Shown here: positions 26,398 to 36,071 of the stretch, one piece after another
Layout: the number at the start of each line of letters is the position of its first letter
Position numbering within the stretch: the stretch's first letter is position 1
DNA from: Candidatus Micrarchaeota archaeon
GTDB taxonomy: Archaea; Micrarchaeota; Micrarchaeia; Micrarchaeales; CABMGC01
Length of the DNA: 64,000 nucleotides
Assembly (NCBI GenBank): GCA_028867335.1
Contig: JAGWGN010000002.1
Span: 9,829-73,828, forward strand
Reading direction: 5' to 3'
The notes under the pieces: generated by a model
What the model saw: the letters and a program-made list of their open reading frames with translations, nothing else
Database searches by the model: none
What the model was told of the DNA's origin: nothing
Program-made: the position numbers and the translations under genes

Positions 26398-27168
26398 CTA
26401 CAACCCCGCAACCTTCAACAGCCTCTCGCCGATCTCTATACCTGATAGATACTCGGGAAGCACGCACATGTCCACCCCGACCCTATACATCTTGCTACGT
26501 ATCTCGTCGTTTGAGACCCTGCACATTATCCTGATCTTCTCATTTAGCCTCTTGGCCGTTATCGCCCCGACCAGGTTGTCTATGTCGCTGCTGGCGGTGA
26601 AGACTATCTCGCGCGCATTTGCTATGGACACCTGGCTTAGCACCTCGCTTTCTGTGAACTTGCCAGTTATCGCGACTATCCCCTGCCTGTTTAGCATCTC
26701 CTCGGTTGCCTTGTCGTGGTCGATCACCGCAACCTTGACCCCCTTCTTCTTGAGCCTTGCGACCAATCCCGCAGCCACGTCGTTGTAGCCGCACACGATG
26801 ACGTGCCCCTTCATCCTAGAGCCCCTGAAGCGGTTTATTATCTCCTCAAAGTCCGCGTATCGGATAATGTTTAGCACTGCCGCAATCACGAAGCTGATCA
26901 CAAGCATGTTGCTCAGGTTGTCTAAGATGACGACCCCAACTATCGCGGAAAACTTTCCCGGATCAGAGTTGAATGCTAGCTCGGCGAGGTCAAATGAGGC
27001 AGCGGTGTCCGGCGCCGCAAAGAACGTCTCGATTGTGTAGTAGGCGTCAAGGTAGATGTCGTGCGTCACGCTCCAGAGCACCGTGATCGAAATCGCCATC
27101 ACGACCGCTCCGATGAGCACCGCTGAGACGAGAACATTTCCTGTTTCATCCTGGGGTGCGGTCGCCAT
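26398..27168 (-). CDS. membrane protein with RCK/TrkA-N domain (channel-like, degenerate pore)
   Basis: 256 aa. Layout is TM, then AYYTIETFFAAPDTAASFD, then TM, then HVIVCGYNDVAAGLVARLKKKGVKVAVIDHD. Confidence 0.6.
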   Translation of the reverse strand: MATAPQDETGNVLVSAVLIGAVVMAISITVLWSVTHDIYLDAYYTIETFFAAPDTAASFDLAELAFNSDPGKFSAIVGVVILDNLSNMLVISFVIAAVLNIIRYADFEEIINRFRGSRMKGHVIVCGYNDVAAGLVARLKKKGVKVAVIDHDKATEEMLNRQGIVAITGKFTESEVLSQVSIANAREIVFTASSDIDNLVGAITAKRLNEKIRIMCRVSNDEIRSKMYRVGVDMCVLPEYLSGIEIGERLLKVAGL

Positions 27169-27172
27169 TCTC

Positions 27173-27601
27173 TCACCCGATGTCCTTCATTATCTCATCG
27201 AAGAGCTCCTTGCTCGCCGAGACGTTCGGGGTCGCGATGAAGCTGGCTCCGGCCCCCTCGAGCTTGCTCTTTAGAAACTCGTTGTTTGCCCTGGTCGCAA
27301 TAGCAATTTTCGGGTTTAGGCTCTTTGCGGTTATGACTGTGAAGAGGTTCTTGGCGTCGTCATCCATCACAATCGCAATGGCGCGCGCGCTTGAGACTCC
27401 CGCATCCTTAAGTATCTTCGATGAGGTCGCGTCGCCAACAAGGAACTCCACACCGCGCTCCTCGAGCACCTCCACCTTTTTCGCGTCCTTTTCTATCACG
27501 ATACACCGTATCTTGTTTTGCTCTAGTATCTCGACGACCCGCTCCCCGACTATTCCGTATCCGCAGACGATTATGTGGTCCTTGAGTTGTTCGCGAGCCA
27601 T
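27173..27601 (-). CDS. soluble TrkA-N/RCK domain protein
   Basis: 142 aa. HIIVCGYGIVGERVVEILEQNKIRCIVIEKD is a GxGxxG-type NAD/RCK fold. Confidence 0.75.
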   Translation of the reverse strand: MAREQLKDHIIVCGYGIVGERVVEILEQNKIRCIVIEKDAKKVEVLEERGVEFLVGDATSSKILKDAGVSSARAIAIVMDDDAKNLFTVITAKSLNPKIAIATRANNEFLKSKLEGAGASFIATPNVSASKELFDEIMKDIG

Positions 27602-27691
27602 CGATCCACCATTCCAATATCAATAATGTGTAATAATCTTTAAACCTGTTCTCTGACAGATGGGCGCGGCTAGAGGCTAGAAAATACATTA

Positions 27692-27783
27692 TAGCTCCAG
27701 CCAGATTCGAACTGGCGTCACCGCCTCCAGAGGGCGATATCCTTTTGTGGCTACTTGCGTAGCGACCACTAGACGATGGAGCT
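27692..27783 (-). tRNA. tRNA-Gln (anticodon CUG) with a ~20-nt intron in the D-loop
   Basis: Reverse complement is AGCTCCATCGTCTAGTGGTCGCTACGCAAGTAGCCACAAAAGGATATCGCCCTCTGGAGGCGGTGACGCCAGTTCGAATCTGGCTGGAGCTA (92 nt). Acceptor AGCTCCA/TGGAGCT with A1-U72; anticodon stem TCGCC/GGCGG with loop CTCTGGA; T arm GCCAG-TTCGAAT-CTGGC. A normal D arm (GTCT-AGTGGTCA-GGAT) forms only if about 20 nt (GCTACGCAAGTAGCCACAAA, roughly 27744-27763) are removed. Confidence 0.6.
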
Positions 27784-27866
27784 ATAACAAAATAGATTTC
27801 TCAAGAGATTTTAATAAAGCTTCGCCCGCCGCCCAGAAACTCTTATAATTATTGGGGGCAAAGGAA

Positions 27867-28604
27867 ATGTGTATGGCGGATTTTTTGAGGCTAAACACCC
27901 TCTACTCACAGGAGATAAAGGACCTTGTGCTAGCGGATGTCGTGCTTACGCTCGCATTTACCTTCGTACTGAGCGGCGGCAGCGCGGCCCTCTCGAGGAA
28001 TCTCTCTACCTTTTTGTACATTCTGCCGATCTCGTTCATTGCGGTCTCGCTAACATTCGTGCTTCATGAGCTGATGCACAAGTTTGTGGCCCAAAAATAC
28101 GGCGCGATTGCCGCATTCAAAAGTTCGCTCAACGGCTTGGTCATAACGATCATTTCCGGATTTATCGGCTTTTTGATAGGAATTCCCGGAGCAACAGTGA
28201 TCTACGCGCACAACTTCACAAAAAGGCAGGAAGGGATAGTATCCCTTGCGGGCCCTCTTACAAACTTTGCGATATTCGCCATTTTCTTTTCGATCGGCTA
28301 CGCACTTTATCCAAATTTCTCGCAGGTTTTCGGGATAAATCTTTCCAACAGTTATCTCCAAAACATCCTCACGTTCGTACCTTTCATCAGCATCTTCCTA
28401 GCATTCTTCAACATGCTTCCAATATACCCATTTGACGGTAGCAAGGTACTGAGGTGGAACAAATTAGTCTACGTGGGTACAGTGGCTGCAATTCTAATAA
28501 TCTTTTTGGTTTTGTATCCAGGAGTAATCTCCATTCTACAGCTTCTGTTCCTGCTTGTGCTTGCCCTAGGGATGTCACTCATTTCTAGGAGCATAATGTT
28601 TTAA
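27867..28604 (+). CDS. site-2 protease family (M50) membrane metalloprotease
   Basis: HELMHKF (HExxH) sits in a TM segment, and FNMLPIYPFDGSKVL is the NxxPxxxxDG motif. The protein is polytopic. The start could be 27852 (TTG), 27867 or 27873. Confidence 0.8.
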   Translation: MCMADFLRLNTLYSQEIKDLVLADVVLTLAFTFVLSGGSAALSRNLSTFLYILPISFIAVSLTFVLHELMHKFVAQKYGAIAAFKSSLNGLVITIISGFIGFLIGIPGATVIYAHNFTKRQEGIVSLAGPLTNFAIFAIFFSIGYALYPNFSQVFGINLSNSYLQNILTFVPFISIFLAFFNMLPIYPFDGSKVLRWNKLVYVGTVAAILIIFLVLYPGVISILQLLFLLVLALGMSLISRSIMF

Positions 28605-29437
28605 TGGCAATTAAAATGAAGAGCATATTTTCCAATAAAAACAACAAATTCATTATTGGCGCACTCCATTTCCTGCCGCTTCCGGGTTTCGTTGGGCATC
28701 CAGGTCTTGAAAAGGTGCTTGAAGTTGCTCTTGCCGACCTCAAAGCATTCGAAGTGGGAGGGGTGGATGCTGTGATAATAGAAAACAACTATGACCAGCC
28801 GCATAACATAAACGTAGGCGAGGAAACGGTCAATGCCATGTCATTTCTGGGAAGGGAGATAAAGAAGAAGACAAAGCTGCCGATCGGCGTAAGTGTGCTC
28901 TGGAACGATTATGCTGCCGCTTTGTCAATCGCAAAGGAGATTGGGGGCACATTTGTTCGGGTTCCGGTCTTTGTTGATAGCGTAATTACCGATTTTGGAG
29001 AGATAATTGCCGACCCGGAGAAGGTAATAGACTGCAGGGACCAGCTTGAGGCAAACAGCGTAATGATAATGGCAGACGTGCAGGTCAAGCATGCAACAAT
29101 GATCAATTCAAAGAGTGTCTCAAATTCAGTGAAGCTGGCAAACGATCATGGTGCCGATGCAATCATAATAACCGGATCGAAGACCGGCGAGCCACCGAAG
29201 ATAGGGGATTTGGAGATTGCGAAGAAGGCATCCAAGGTTCCTGTAATAATAGGGAGCGGATTGGACTCCTCAAATGCCTCTACCCTGTTAAAGTCAGCAG
29301 ACGGTGCGATAGTGAGCACCTCCCTAAAGGAGGGCTCAATATCGCAAGAAGAGAGGAACGCCAAGCCATATTCACTTAGAATCGATGTGAAAAAGGTCAA
29401 GGAACTGATGAAAGTGGCAAAATCGCTCCCAAATTAG
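28604..29437 (+). CDS. BtpA/SgcQ-family TIM-barrel protein
   Basis: 277 aa. IIGALHFLPLPGFVGHPG...GGVDAVIIENNYDQPH is typical of the BtpA family. TAATG overlap with the upstream gene. Confidence 0.7.
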   Translation: MAIKMKSIFSNKNNKFIIGALHFLPLPGFVGHPGLEKVLEVALADLKAFEVGGVDAVIIENNYDQPHNINVGEETVNAMSFLGREIKKKTKLPIGVSVLWNDYAAALSIAKEIGGTFVRVPVFVDSVITDFGEIIADPEKVIDCRDQLEANSVMIMADVQVKHATMINSKSVSNSVKLANDHGADAIIITGSKTGEPPKIGDLEIAKKASKVPVIIGSGLDSSNASTLLKSADGAIVSTSLKEGSISQEERNAKPYSLRIDVKKVKELMKVAKSLPN

Positions 29438-29472
29438 CCCCTTCCCCCACAATCCTCTCGATGGAGGAATAG

Positions 29473-29483
29473 CTTTATATTTA
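29473..29483 (+). promoter_or_regulatory. TATA-like box (CTTTATATTTA) upstream of cdc48
   Basis: Lies 30-40 nt upstream of the ATG at 29513. Recognised by eye only. Confidence 0.3.
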
Positions 29484-29512
29484 AGCAAACCATATTTAAT
29501 GGGGGTTAGGAT

Positions 29513-31669
29513 ATGCCAAACGGTGTAGAATTAACAGTCGCAGACGCGCTAGTAACTGACTCGGGCAGAGGCATCGCCAGAATCGATTCCAAGTCGAGAA
29601 AGCAGCTAGATGTTGTGTCGGGCGACATAATCGAGATTAAAGGCAGGATAAAGTCCACTGCTGCGATTGTCTGGCAGGCCCACCCAAGCGATGAGGGCCT
29701 TGGTTTCATAAGAATCGACGGTTATCTAAGGCAGAATGTGGGAGTCGGAATAGGGGACAAGATCCACGTAAGCAAGGCAGAGGTGAAGGACGCTGAGAAA
29801 GTAGTCATAGCGCCCCCTCCAGGACAGAGGCCTCCTCTTTCACCTGACTTTGCGGAGTATGCAAAAAGAAAGTGGGAGAACAAGCCGATTGTCAAGGGAG
29901 ACGTCATCCCAATCCCAATGTTCGGATTAGTATTCAACTTCCTTGTTGTGACTGTTGCACCGCACGGGATCGCAAGGATTACAAAGAACACAAACTTTGT
30001 CGTCAAGGAGGAGCCGGTTTCAGAGTCAATAGTCAGAATAGGCGAGGCCCACTACGAGGACATCGGTGGGCTCAAGGTAGAGATGCAGAAGATCAGGGAG
30101 ATGGTCGAGTTGCCAATAAGGTACCCTGAGCTATTCGAGAGGCTCGGAATAGAGCCGCCAAAAGGGGTGCTGCTATACGGCGCTCCAGGAACGGGAAAGA
30201 CGCTGCTTGCAAAGGCGGTGGCAAACGAGAGCGACGCAAACTTCATCTCGATCTCCGGGCCTGAGCTCGTCAGCAAGTTCGTAGGGGAGAGCGAGGAGAA
30301 GCTAAGGGAGATATTCAAGGAGGCAAACGAGAAGGCACCTACAATAATATTCATGGACGAGATCGATGCGATCGCGCCAAAGAGGGAGGAGGCCACAAAC
30401 GAGGTCGAGAGGAGGATGGTCTCGCAGCTGCTCACCCTTATGGATGGGATGGCATCAAGGGGGCAGGTAATTGTCCTCGCAGCGACAAACAGGCCCGATG
30501 CAATCGACCCAGCCCTCAGAAGGCCGGGGAGGTTCGACAGGGAGATTGAGATTGGGGTTCCAAGCCGGAATGCAAGAAAGGAGATACTTCAGATCCACAC
30601 AAGGAACATGCCTCTTGCAAAGGATGTCAATTTGGATGAGCTTGCAAACGTCACACACGGATACACCGGAGCGGACATAAGCGCATTCGTGAGGGAGGCG
30701 GCAATGGCCACGCTCAAGGCTATACTTCCAAAGATAATAGAAAAGCAATCGATTCCAAGCGAGCTGCTCAGTTCGCTTACCGTTACGAAGGACAACTTCA
30801 TGGATGCCCTAAAGAATGTGCAGCCAAGCGCGCTTAGGGAGGTATTTGTCGAGAGACCGAATGTGCATTGGGGCGACGTTGGCGGACTCGAGGGAGTTAA
30901 GCAGGAGCTCAAGGAGCTAATAGAAACTCCGCTCAAGAATCCTGAGCTGTTCATCAAGATGGGGATAAGGCCGATCCGGGGAGTCCTTCTTGTAGGACCG
31001 CCTGGAACCGGAAAGACGCTGCTTGCAAAGGCGGTTGCGACAGAGAGGGAGTCCAACTTCATCTCTATAAAGGGGCCGGAGGTGCTCAGCAAGTTCGTTG
31101 GAGAGAGCGAGAAGACGGTAAGGGAGATATTCAGGAAGGCGAGGCTCGCATCGCCATGCATAATATTCATCGATGAGATTGACGCAATCGCGCACCCAAG
31201 GGGGCACAGCGAGTTCGATTCGCGCGTGAGCGAGAGGGTTGTTGACACGCTGCTCACTGAGATGGACGGGCTCTCAGAGCTCAAGAACGTTGTCGTGCTC
31301 GCGGCGACAAACAGGCCTGACGCAATTGATCCAGCAATACTTAGGCCCGGGAGGTTCGACAAGATAATCGAGATCCCTATGCCGGACCCTGAGACAAGGC
31401 TCCACATACTAAAGGTCCACACAAAGAAGATGCCGCTTGACAAGAACGTCGACCTTGCGGAGCTTGCAAACTCCACCGATAACTACACCGGAGCGGAGAT
31501 AGAGAACATATGCAGAGAGGCGGGAATGAACGCGATTAGAAACGGAAGGGAGATAGTGAAGATGGAGGACTTCCGCAAGTCCCTTATAGAAGTGAGGCCC
31601 GCAATATCAAAGGAGGTCGCGGAGCGCATCAGGCGCTTCAAGGACGAGCCAAGCTCGATGTATAGATGA
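29513..31669 (+). CDS. cdc48: CDC48/VAT-type AAA+ ATPase
   Basis: 718 aa. N domain [25 protein letters not shown]. Two AAA modules with Walker [18 protein letters not shown] and [17 protein letters not shown] and Walker [10 protein letters not shown] / IIFIDEIDA. Confidence 0.95.
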   Translation: MPNGVELTVADALVTDSGRGIARIDSKSRKQLDVVSGDIIEIKGRIKSTAAIVWQAHPSDEGLGFIRIDGYLRQNVGVGIGDKIHVSKAEVKDAEKVVIAPPPGQRPPLSPDFAEYAKRKWENKPIVKGDVIPIPMFGLVFNFLVVTVAPHGIARITKNTNFVVKEEPVSESIVRIGEAHYEDIGGLKVEMQKIREMVELPIRYPELFERLGIEPPKGVLLYGAPGTGKTLLAKAVANESDANFISISGPELVSKFVGESEEKLREIFKEANEKAPTIIFMDEIDAIAPKREEATNEVERRMVSQLLTLMDGMASRGQVIVLAATNRPDAIDPALRRPGRFDREIEIGVPSRNARKEILQIHTRNMPLAKDVNLDELANVTHGYTGADISAFVREAAMATLKAILPKIIEKQSIPSELLSSLTVTKDNFMDALKNVQPSALREVFVERPNVHWGDVGGLEGVKQELKELIETPLKNPELFIKMGIRPIRGVLLVGPPGTGKTLLAKAVATERESNFISIKGPEVLSKFVGESEKTVREIFRKARLASPCIIFIDEIDAIAHPRGHSEFDSRVSERVVDTLLTEMDGLSELKNVVVLAATNRPDAIDPAILRPGRFDKIIEIPMPDPETRLHILKVHTKKMPLDKNVDLAELANSTDNYTGAEIENICREAGMNAIRNGREIVKMEDFRKSLIEVRPAISKEVAERIRRFKDEPSSMYR

Positions 31670-32070
31670 TTAGTGATTTAATGAAAATAGTTTATTCGGA
31701 CAAGAAAACTGGAAAGACAGGACAGGTAGAAGTTGTGAAGGAGAGAGAGGCGATTCTCATGGGCAAGAAGATCGGAGAGACGATCGACGGCTTCCCTGCA
31801 GGGCTCGAGGGCTTTGAGCTGCAGATAACGGGCCTGAGCGACAAGTCCGGAACCCCTTCGAGAAAGGAGGTCGACGGGACAAGGAAGGCAAGGCTGCTGC
31901 TAAGCGGCGGCGCAGGACTCAGATACGACAAGCACGGCTTTAGGGCGAGAAGGCTAATCCGCGGAAACATGATCAGCGCAGACACGATCCAGGTCAACAC
32001 GGTGATCGTGAAGATGGGATCAAAGCCTCTTGAGGAGCTCTTCAAGCCAAAGGAGAAGAAAACAGAGTGA
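31666..32070 (+). CDS. rps6e: 30S ribosomal protein S6e
   Basis: 134 aa (or 129 aa from MKIVYSD at 31681). The KIVYSDKKTGKTGQVEV...GFELQITGLSDKSGTPSRKEVDG...RGNMIS pattern is that of S6e. Confidence 0.85.
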   Translation: MISDLMKIVYSDKKTGKTGQVEVVKEREAILMGKKIGETIDGFPAGLEGFELQITGLSDKSGTPSRKEVDGTRKARLLLSGGAGLRYDKHGFRARRLIRGNMISADTIQVNTVIVKMGSKPLEELFKPKEKKTE

Positions 32071-32077
32071 ATACTAA

Positions 32078-33304
32078 ATGCGAGATTTGAAGCAGAGTGA
32101 GTTTAACATAGGGACCCTGGGACACGTGGACCACGGGAAGACCACTCTCACAAAGGCTATAACGGGGGTTTGGACCGACAGGCACAGCGAGTCCCTCAAG
32201 CGAAGCATGACGATAAAGCTCGGATACGCCGATGCGATAATAAAGAAGTGCGAGGGATGCGGAGAGGACGGGCCCGGGATGTACACTGTCGGCGAATCCT
32301 GCATGGACTGCGAGAACAAGCCTGAGCCTTTTAGGAGAATCTCGCTCCTTGACTCGCCAGGGCACGAGACGCTGATGGCAACCGCAATAGCGGGATCGAG
32401 CATAATCGATGCGGTGATGCTTGTCATCTCCTCAACCGAGCCTTGCCCGATGCCGCAGACAAGGGAACATCTGATGCTTATCTCAACATTGGGAATAAAG
32501 AAGATAATTGTAGTCCAGACAAAGGTGGACATTGTCGGAAGGGAGAAGGCAAAGGCCCACTACGAGCAGATCAAAAAATTCGTGAGCGGAACGGTGGCGG
32601 AGAGCGCCCCGATAGTTCCTGTCATGGCGAACAAGAACGTAAATGTGGACGCCGTTTTGCAGCAGATTGCGGCAATCGAGCCACCAAAGCACGATCTGTC
32701 CTCAGACCCTCTCATGTACATAGCAAGGTCCTTCGACGTCAACAAGCCGGGAACCCCGATAAAGGATCTGGTCGGGGGAGTCGCGGGCGGATCAATAGTC
32801 AGGGGCAAGTTCAAGATTGGCGATGAGATTGAGATAAGCCCTGGGATCAATGCCGCAAGGGACAAGGCAAAGAAGGAGTCGTACGAGCCGATAATCACAA
32901 CTATCGAGAGTCTCTCCTCAGGAACGGATCAGCTGCAGGAGGCGCTTCCGGGAGGACTGATCGCGTTCGGCACAACAATCGATCCGGCATTCACAAAGAC
33001 GGACAGCCTTGTGGGCAACCTTGTGGGACACGCAGGAAAGCTTCCGCAGCCGGTGAACTCGCTGACGCTAAAGTACAACATGCTAAAGAGGGAGGACATA
33101 CCAAAGCAGGCATTCAAGAACGGGGAGCCTGTGATCCTCGGAATCGGAACAGCAACAACTGTTGGCTACGTAAAGGTCGCAAAGAAGAGCACGCTTGAGA
33201 TCGACCTCAAGAGGCCTGTGTGCGCGGACCCGAAGACGAAGATCTCAATTTTAAGGAACTTCGCGCAGAGATGGAGGCTCTCAGGATTCGGGACTATTGC
33301 CTAA
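32078..33304 (+). CDS. eif2g: translation initiation factor 2 subunit gamma
   Basis: 408 aa. GHVDHGKTTL, DSPGHETL, QTKVD, and a Cys-rich insertion CEGCGEDGPGMYTVGESCMDC typical of aIF2-gamma. Confidence 0.95.
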   Translation: MRDLKQSEFNIGTLGHVDHGKTTLTKAITGVWTDRHSESLKRSMTIKLGYADAIIKKCEGCGEDGPGMYTVGESCMDCENKPEPFRRISLLDSPGHETLMATAIAGSSIIDAVMLVISSTEPCPMPQTREHLMLISTLGIKKIIVVQTKVDIVGREKAKAHYEQIKKFVSGTVAESAPIVPVMANKNVNVDAVLQQIAAIEPPKHDLSSDPLMYIARSFDVNKPGTPIKDLVGGVAGGSIVRGKFKIGDEIEISPGINAARDKAKKESYEPIITTIESLSSGTDQLQEALPGGLIAFGTTIDPAFTKTDSLVGNLVGHAGKLPQPVNSLTLKYNMLKREDIPKQAFKNGEPVILGIGTATTVGYVKVAKKSTLEIDLKRPVCADPKTKISILRNFAQRWRLSGFGTIA

Positions 33305-34059
33305 CTGCCAAACTTTTTGTTTCTTTCCTTTAATTGTTCCAATGTTGATTTTAATTCAGACAGGGCTCCATCAATCTGTTCAACTTTTTTATCCACTTCC
33401 GCAAAAAGCTCACGAGTAACCGAAGCTCTATTTTCTTTTACATGAAATACCGTTTTTTCTCTGACTATTGCCACTTCCGTATCCGCCACAATTTTTGTCA
33501 CCTTAAAAGTAAGCCTTCCGCCAAAATACGGGATCACTATATTGTCCCCCTTTGTTATTGGGACTGTATCCAAACAATCCGCTATATATCTCTCATCAAT
33601 CGGTGGAATCCACACGGAATTTTCAACAAATACTGCAATAGCGTCATCTGTTTTTATCTTACGCAACGTCACCTCCTTTTCAAGATCAACTTTTGCATTA
33701 TTTCTTAAAATTGAATCAATCCTAATCATATTTTTGCCCTCATCGCTCGGATAAAGTGAAAGAATTTTGGCGGCTGTAACCCTTTTACCTTTTATCTCAA
33801 CAATATCTCCCAATGATAGGCCAAGTAAATCCATTGTATCATAATCTATTCTTGCAACCCCCTTTCCAACGTCTCTGCCATGTGCTTCTTTTACCCTATT
33901 TATTTCTGAGGGCTTTGTGAATGGGTATTTTGTCACCTGTTCTTTCTGAGATTCAACCTTATTTCTCCTCACTACTTTTGTTAAATCTTCTACTTTAGAG
34001 CTATCACTGTTTTCCTCCTTTTTTCTCCTGGGTTCCTTTTTCAATGTCATGATTGCCAC
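33301..34059 (-). CDS. stand-alone CDC48 N-terminal domain protein (no ATPase module)
   Basis: 252 aa. GVARIDYDTMDLLGLSLGDIVEIKGKRVTAAKILSLYPSDEGKNMIRIDSILRNNAKV parallels the cdc48 N domain ([59 protein letters not shown]). Basic N-terminal tail, coiled-coil C terminus, AT-rich coding sequence. Confidence 0.65.
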   Translation of the reverse strand: MAIMTLKKEPRRKKEENSDSSKVEDLTKVVRRNKVESQKEQVTKYPFTKPSEINRVKEAHGRDVGKGVARIDYDTMDLLGLSLGDIVEIKGKRVTAAKILSLYPSDEGKNMIRIDSILRNNAKVDLEKEVTLRKIKTDDAIAVFVENSVWIPPIDERYIADCLDTVPITKGDNIVIPYFGGRLTFKVTKIVADTEVAIVREKTVFHVKENRASVTRELFAEVDKKVEQIDGALSELKSTLEQLKERNKKFGS

Positions 34060-34130
34060 TATATACGAATTTAAAGCGGCGTTTTAAATAGCTGCCTAGA
34101 TATTCGTTTCGAATGAATAAAATCCAAGAA

Positions 34131-35105
34131 TTAGAGAAGCCTAGAGGATTCCTTTCCGATTTTTTCCATAAGCTTTATTCTTCCAGCTTCAGAACCGAGT
34201 GGATACTTCTTCAGATCAAGCTCAAAACCCGAGGCGTGGGGATGCCCTCCGCCGCCGAGCGCAGCTGCAAGTCCGGAGATATTGCTCTTGAGGCTTCTAA
34301 TGCTGCCCTTGCCCTGCTTTGGGTCTATCACAATGCCGACATCCCTTCCCGACTGCTTAATCACCATGCCGCACGCCTGCGTTGACTGAACGCCTGTTGC
34401 AAATCCTATCGCCACCTTCCTTCCGACGAGGTGCAGATTCTTTAGCATCTTACTTATGCGATCAGTGTTCAGCTTCTCAAACTTTCTTTCCTCATCCTTT
34501 ATCTTTTTGTCCACAAATTTCCTGCTTGCAATCACATCTGCAATGTGCCTAAGCTTTCCCTGCATGCCTGCCGACGACTTTGCCTTTGTGATCGATGTTA
34601 TGCTAAGCGCATATGCCTTTACGAGTTCGTAGTGCTTCTTTGTGTCCGGCTTTAGGTTGAAGTCAGAGAAGTGTACCACCTTGCAGAATTCGTTAACAAA
34701 AGGCGTATTAAGCTGAAGCTCCTGTTTCGTTATCTCCGTTGCGCAGTACTTTTCGTTCTCCCCGACAATTGCGGCATCGCATATCCCTGCCACGTTCTTC
34801 ATCGCATATGCACTCCACGGGTGATGATCAAACCAGAACACCTTCCCTCCCTTTGCCTTGATCTCCTTGATTATCTTTATCCAAACTGGTACGGTAGGTT
34901 CGTTGACGCTAAGGTCAGTCACGAAAAGGACGAATCCCTTTCCATAGAACTTCCTGAATTTGCTCTCCGCGTATAGTATATCCTCCTTTGCGTATCCGGA
35001 GAAGAACAGTCTGCTGCTTGGCAGGTTGTACTTGATCTTAAGCAGTGAGGCTGCCCCAACCCCGTCTATGTCTGCGCAGTGTGAGAGCACGGCTATGTTC
35101 TGCAT
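34131..35105 (-). CDS. DHH/DHHA1 family phosphoesterase (NrnA/RecJ-like)
   Basis: 324 aa. HCADIDGVGA (motif I/II), FWFDHHPW (DHH) and GGGHPHASGF (DHHA1 GGGH). Confidence 0.8.
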   Translation of the reverse strand: MQNIAVLSHCADIDGVGAASLLKIKYNLPSSRLFFSGYAKEDILYAESKFRKFYGKGFVLFVTDLSVNEPTVPVWIKIIKEIKAKGGKVFWFDHHPWSAYAMKNVAGICDAAIVGENEKYCATEITKQELQLNTPFVNEFCKVVHFSDFNLKPDTKKHYELVKAYALSITSITKAKSSAGMQGKLRHIADVIASRKFVDKKIKDEERKFEKLNTDRISKMLKNLHLVGRKVAIGFATGVQSTQACGMVIKQSGRDVGIVIDPKQGKGSIRSLKSNISGLAAALGGGGHPHASGFELDLKKYPLGSEAGRIKLMEKIGKESSRLL

Positions 35106-35158
35106 CCAATCTTACTTACCTCTCAGCATAGGAATAAATAGATTACATGGGACCTCTC

Positions 35159-35935
35159 TTATTTTCGTACCGCCCTAATCAGTATGCTTTGATGCAGTTT
35201 GTCAGACTCACCGAACTGGAAAAATTTCTTTATGCTTTTCTTGACGTTCGGTCCATAATCGGTATTATTGATTGTGCTATCCGCAGCAGAAGGTGAGGTA
35301 TTGATATGTAGCGGCACTATCTCCCCATAATTTAGGATGCTCTTTCCGTATTTCCTTGCGATAAAACCTCCCTTTCCAAGGATGATCAGGTTCTTGACTG
35401 AGGGGTGTTTCATTATGTTGCCAACGAATCTTGCGTCATAGGGTATAGGCCAAGCCGCAACAACTGTCTGAGGATCGAATTTTTCAAGCGCCTTCTTGTA
35501 GCTCATCCTTTTAACGTACCTCTCATCCCCCTTGATTTTCACCCCGGAGTCCGTGGCCGTAATCTCTATCCCTCCCCTTTTTACCCAGTAAGAGATCTTC
35601 CCCATTCCGGCGCATATTTCCACGTTCCTGCGGGTATCTAGCAGGTTTAGCAGCTGCGTCAGGTCATTTGCCAAATGATTGTGAACCACCTGGAAGTATC
35701 CCTTCCTCATGAGCAGTTCCCCGTAAACCCCTCCCCCAAACTTCCTGTCTACCTCCCTCATGAGTTTTACGCATTCATTGCGCTCTGGCAGACTATGTAT
35801 CTGGGTTATCTCTCTGTAAATCAAAAAAAGCTCAGGGTATTTTTTCCTCAGGCTATTCTCGATCTGGCTGAGAAGCGCTTCCCTGGTCTCTTTCTCAAAC
35901 TCTTTGAGCAGTTTTGCCCTGCTGACCGGTTTCAT
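35159..35935 (-). CDS. hypothetical protein, possible class I SAM-dependent methyltransferase
   Basis: 258 aa. VEICAGMGKISYWVKRGGIEITATD resembles methyltransferase motif I plus the acidic post-I residue. This is weak. Confidence 0.4.
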   Translation of the reverse strand: MKPVSRAKLLKEFEKETREALLSQIENSLRKKYPELFLIYREITQIHSLPERNECVKLMREVDRKFGGGVYGELLMRKGYFQVVHNHLANDLTQLLNLLDTRRNVEICAGMGKISYWVKRGGIEITATDSGVKIKGDERYVKRMSYKKALEKFDPQTVVAAWPIPYDARFVGNIMKHPSVKNLIILGKGGFIARKYGKSILNYGEIVPLHINTSPSAADSTINNTDYGPNVKKSIKKFFQFGESDKLHQSILIRAVRK

Positions 35936-36032
35936 AACTGAGCTCTTATTTTGCCATATTTAAGTATTTCTCAGTCTTTGTCTTTGTCCGCGGCTTGGCT
36001 GAGGGTGTAGATACCTCCAGAAATAGTATAAA

Positions 36033-36057
36033 GGCCTGCCTTGGGGGAAGGCAGGCC
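36033..36057 (-). terminator. 10-bp GC-rich hairpin followed by a T-rich run, downstream of the wHTH gene
   Basis: GGCCTGCCTT-GGGGG-AAGGCAGGCC is seen directly. On the - strand it is followed by TTTATACTATTT. It lies 15 nt after the stop of 36072..36581 and before the next - strand gene. Confidence 0.4.
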
Positions 36058-36071
36058 CATCTGGTTCTCAC

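Noticed and set aside
25652-27168. Canonical K+ channels (MthK/Kch type)
   Set aside because: No TxGYGD-type selectivity filter is present. The corresponding segments are degenerate, so I report them only as channel-like RCK membrane proteins.
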